A stretch of DNA of 64,000 nucleotides from the human T2T-CHM13v2.0 reference genome, Homo sapiens, in the NCBI RefSeq assembly GCF_009914755.1, contig NC_060933.1. One strand, 5' to 3'. Under the pieces are notes generated by a model that worked only from the letters and a program-made list of their open reading frames with translations, searched no databases and was not told the origin of the DNA. Shown in pieces: positions 59,136 through 64,000 of this stretch (position 1 is its first letter; every line of letters starts with the position of its first letter). The position numbers were made by a program, and so were the translations under genes.

Positions 59136-60592
59136 TTATTTACGGAAAAAGCAAGGAGCAGGCAGGGATGGTGGAGACTGCCCGTTGTTTTTGATGCCCC
59201 TTGCTAATGATAGCTGTGCCCAACTTCCCTAATATGGTTGTGAGCAAGTCAGCTATAGCCCCAAATGTACTGTCTCAAAGGTTCTGCAGTTAGCCAGACC
59301 CTTACTCTTTGGAAGGCAGTTTGGTTTCCTTGATGGTATTATTCCTTTTTCCTTGGGTGGCTTATTCCTACTGGTGGCATGCAGTACTCTTCCTGAAAAG
59401 AATTCTCATTCATCAGTATTCAATTAAATTTTCAGAACAATTATGATCCTAGTGATATTTTATTGTCCTTGATTAGCTAGTTCCTCAATCCAATACTGAG
59501 TTTAGTCACATGATGTAGAATAAATTGGAAAATACAGAGTTCCAGTGGTAACAAAGATGCCAGTTCTTATCCCCAGCCCAAAGGATATTGCAGGCATAGA
59601 AAACAAGACTGATTTTATGCTCTGTTGGTTAGGAAATTGAGCTGAATAGATTTTCTTTCGAAAATTAGATAAGTGGTTCTCAAAGTGAGATACTCAGACC
59701 TGCAACGTCAATGTCTCTTGAGATCTTGTTGGATGTGCATATCCTCAAGACTTGCCAAAGACATACTAAATCAAAAACTCTAGGATGGAACCCAGTAATA
59801 CCTACATTTTCTGAGAGAGAGAGTGTGTGTGTGTATGTGTGTAAGAATTGTTAGGGGGAACAGAGAGAGAGTAAGCTAGAAAAAGAAGTAGAAGTGTACA
59901 GCTGAATCTATAGGTAGAAGAAAGTATCAGAAACTACCTGGGAAGAATTAGAAAAAGTAGGGGTTGCTACAATATTATATTTGTTCCTTATAAGGTCATA
60001 GTCATCTGATAATTAGCAAAAATGTATTAAAATCTTCTGCGCATATGATATACTAATGATATAGTAATACAGCTCACTTGCTAATTACACATATTTTTAA
60101 AATTTATTCATTTAAAAAATCACTCTAGGGACTCTACAAGTATCTTACTCCACGAATGAAAGATGAATTGCTTGAACTTGTAAGCTTTTGTTTTGATAAA
60201 GGCACGTTTTACATTTCATTTACTTTTTACATTTCTTTTAAAAGTATTTTAACATTATAAATTTTCACTGATTTATACTGATTTTTTCAATTAATCCAAA
60301 TTGTGGAAGCTTTTCTTTCTTCACTAATCCTTCAGTCCTCCAGGCTCTGTTAGTTGAGATAATAATTAGAAGTTTAGTGAAAAAAATGTTCACACAAGAA
60401 TAGTGTAAAGGTTAAGATGTTTGCATCACAGCTTGGAGCATGTCTACCTTTCATTTTTTAGCTCTCGTCTTTCCAGTTGATCATGTAAGTAGATTTAAAC
60501 TCCGTCAGTGGTTCCTTATCTTAAGTGCACATTAAAAGCCTCCTTTGAAAATAGTAATTTCTCACTCCCACCTCTAGATATTTGTCTAGGAT

Positions 60593-60953
60593 GTGTGTCG
60601 TAGTCCGTTTGTGCTGCTATCAAAGTGACAAAATACCAGAGACTGAATAGCTTATAAACAGCAGAAATTCCTCACAGTTCTAATAGCTGGGAAGTCCAAG
60701 ATTGAGGTGCCAGGAGATTCTCTACCTAATGAAGGCCCACTTCCTGATTCATAGATCACACCTTCTTGCTGTATTCTCACATGGTGAAAGGGACAAGGTA
60801 GCTAGCTCTCTGGGACCTCTTTTGTAAGGGCGCTAGTCACTTTCATGAGGGGCTTGCCCTCATGGCCTAATTACCTACCAATGGCTCCAACTTGTAATAC
60901 TATCACATTGGTGATTATGAATTTGGAGGGACACAAACATTCAGACCACAGTA
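60593..60953 (-). mobile_element. MLT1A/MST LTR nested in a MER5 relic (~60505-61020)
   Basis: TAGTCCGTTTGTGCTGCTAT...GGGACACAAACATTCAGACCACAG. Confidence 0.8.
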
Positions 60954-61703
60954 ATGGACTAGAAATTAAACTTAAAAAGCTTTCTAGGTGGTTTTAATGT
61001 GCAACCAGCTTGAGGATGACTGCACGAGAGAAAAACAAAATTCACGATAACTTGGAATAACTGAACAAACACATTTTGACAAGTTTTTAAATCCAGCAGC
61101 CAAATCTTATTATCCTCTAGTGATTTACAATTCACTTCATCTTTTAAATATAAAAATATTTAAACCCACCCTGATCTTGTGACATGAGCAAGGGAGATGA
61201 TAGTATATTCATTTTACAGAAAAGAAGGCTAAGAATTTATATCAATTTTGTAAACTTAATTAGGTACTTAAGTAATTTTATGAAGATTTATTTATTATTT
61301 ATCAGTAACATATATGTTGCTAAACACTGGACTGGGAGATTTCCATTTCATAACATGAAGGTGATACATTCAATTTCATAGCATTAGGATGCTTTCCTTT
61401 TTATACACAAACTTGACCCTCAATGGATACAAACCATAGCTTATGTTTTCCTATTTTTTGTAACCAGTATTAGTTTTAAAACATTTCAGGCACAGTTTGC
61501 ATTTATCATCCTTGTTTATTTTGACTCATTCATCACATTCATGATGTTTACAGTACTTTCCTAACTTTGGGGCCATTATTAAGCTGAGAAGTGACATTAA
61601 CCTTCCCAGAGAGAATTGTCGACACAGGAAAGCTGACAGCCTGATCTTCTAATATGAAATCACAGGTTTGAAAGGTGAGGAAATTGACCTTGAAATCTTC
61701 CCT

Positions 61704-61718
61704 TTGCCATCTACTGGA
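61704..61718 (-). promoter_or_regulatory. CTCF core motif
   Basis: Minus strand TCCAGTAGATGGCAA fits CCASYAGRKGGCR, in non-repeat DNA. Confidence 0.45.
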
Positions 61719-62725
61719 CTCTGAGCAGTCAAAGTCATTCTGACTGAAGGGCAAGCTGGGCCGTTTGCTCTTTGCCTTTTATTACACTTTTTGTGGCAGA
61801 CCAAACCTCCATTAGAAGACTATTGAAAAATGCCATAAGCACAGCTGCAAGAAAGATTTCTTTGTGTTTGCACATCAGCACAGTAGCTTCTGGGCTTATT
61901 TGAATGCCATGGTGAGCGCTTTTATAAGGCAGCCTCACATCTTTAGAACAAACGTGTGGTGGAGTTGGAATTTGAACTCAAAGTTACTGACTGCCAGACT
62001 TGTGCTCAGATCAGCAGGTTCTGCAACTACCCAGCTGTTTTGTTCTTGTAGAATTGGGCTGAGCAGCAAAGAAAAAGAGAGCATAGCTTATGAAATAACA
62101 TGATTGGTTCACCAAGTGCAAATATGTGGATCAGGAGCTTGATGCTTCTGCCAATAATAAATGAATAAGAGAAGACTCATCAGTGGCCATTTTAATAAAT
62201 ACATTAATGAAAGAATGGAAATGTGGAAAGAATATAGTGGAATACGTATTCAAGCAGGTTTTTTCCAGATGGTCAAATGGTAGGACAAGAGATTTTCAGA
62301 AGTCACAGCTGAGAACTTTAGAATACTGAATACTAAATAACTTTAGAACTGTAGGAATACTGCTTGGAGAGAAATGAAAACTATTTCCCAAAGGAGAATT
62401 TTGTAGGCTGTACCTTTGTTTCATTCGCTTCTTCTAGCATGGGCAGGTCCTTGCAGAAAGGACTGAGACTGGCTTTATCAGGGTCTTATTAATTTCTGTA
62501 TCTACTGCAAGTATAACCAGATATCATTAGTTAAAAATGGGTTCCAATTCAACAGATTCTCTTATAATATGGGCATCATTATCCTCTCCCATTTTATCAG
62601 TGTTGCATATCATTTTTACAATTGTTGGTAATCTTACACCCATAAAACATGAAATTAATTAAACAAAAACTACTTCTTTCGAGTATTAAACAAACAACAA
62701 CTGCACTTTAAAAAATAAGCTTTCT

Positions 62726-63404
62726 GCTCTATCCATGTTGCTGCAAAGGACATGATCTTGTTCCTTTTTATGGCTGTGTAGTATTCCACGGTGTATAGGT
62801 ACCACATTTTCTTTATCCAGTCTCTCATTGATAGGCACACGGGTTGATTCCATGTCTTTGCTATTGTGAATACTACTGCAATGAACATACACATGCAGGT
62901 ATCTTTATAATAGAATGATTTATATTCCTTTGGGTATATACCCAGTAATGGGATTGATGGGTCAAATAGTATTTCTGTTTCTAGATCTTTGAGGAATCAC
63001 CACACTGTCTTTTACAATGGTTGAACTACTTTACATACCCACCAACAGTGTAAAACCGTTCTTTTTTCTCCCCAACCTCGCCAGCATTACCATTATCCTT
63101 AGGAAGCTAACGCAAGAAGCAAAAACCAAACACCGCATGTTTTCACTTATAAGTGGGAGCTGAACGATTGAACGATGGGAACACATAGACATGTGGTGGG
63201 GAACAACACACAGTGGGGACTGTTGTGGGGGTGAGGCAAGGAAGAGCATCAGGAATAATAGCTAATGGAAGCTGGGCTTAATACCTAGGTGATGGGTTGA
63301 CCTGTGTAGCAAACCACTGTGGCACATGTTTACCTATGTAACAGACTGCACATCCCGCACATGTATCCTGGAACTTAAAAGTCGATGAAAAAAATTAAAA
63401 TAAT
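62726..63404 (+). mobile_element. L1PA13-like element with twin-priming 5' inversion
   Basis: 62726-63087 is antisense; ~63089-63404 is the sense 3' end. Degenerate TSD AAAAATAAGCTTTCT / AAAACGAAGCCTTCT (12/15). Confidence 0.85.
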
Positions 63405-64000
63405 AAAACGAAGCCTTCTATAATTAACCCTACAAATTCAATTGTTTGAAGCCTCCATCATGTCAGGGTACAGGAGGATCTAGTTTTTGACAGGATTGTC
63501 TCCCCAAAATTTGGGGACTTCTTAGAGGATGCTTATGCATTATACAAATCTGTTCTTGGTATAATGTTCAATTCTACTCATGAACCAAACCTCTTCTACA
63601 AGTCTTCTTGTACAATTTCTGGGTAAGAGATTTCCCTTAGGCTAGTATATTATTTGTATGTAGAAACATACTTTCCATTAATTTCTTTCAGTGATAGCTG
63701 ATATGAAGCTGAAATTTAAGTAAAAGGTTAATGAAATATTAGGGATAACATAAGAAAAGTGTTACAGCTTCTATATAATATATGTCTATGTATGTGTGTA
63801 TGTGTATGTTGAGTTTGTGGATGTGTACATACATACTTCATTTCTCCTCTAGTATTTCAGTTCCAGCTCCTTTATGCCATTCTTTCACCCAGATACCTGC
63901 TCTGAGGGAATCCATGTTGGTAATAAGGATAACATTCTGAAGGGGAGAAGAGAGAGGGATAGATGGCTACAAAACAAAAAGAATTGCACTATTTAAAAGC

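Overview
AT-rich primate (hominoid, probably human) genomic DNA, most likely a long intron. It is dominated by transposable elements: LINE-1s of many ages (including a full-length but inactivated L1PA2/3 at about 50.6-56.7 kb), MaLR/ERVL LTR elements, four Alus, and MIR/L2/DNA-transposon relics. There is no intact cellular CDS, RNA gene or CRISPR array; the long ORFs are L1 remnants. The best host-gene candidate is a 33-nt frame-preserving microexon on + (42859-42891, TVDSDVLVQYK), which agrees with the strong minus-strand bias of the long L1s. The most notable structure is an old L1MC split by a ~12.8 kb insert bounded by a degenerate 14-bp TSD. The insert is a 5'-complete L1MA plus ~3.4 kb of pre-existing genomic DNA downstream of its tail, consistent with an ancient L1 3' transduction. 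All four + strand L1PA insertions carry twin-priming 5' inversions, one only ~25 nt long. Subfamily calls come from my recall of consensus sequences and were not run through RepeatMasker/Dfam. I found no evidence of a wholly new biological system.
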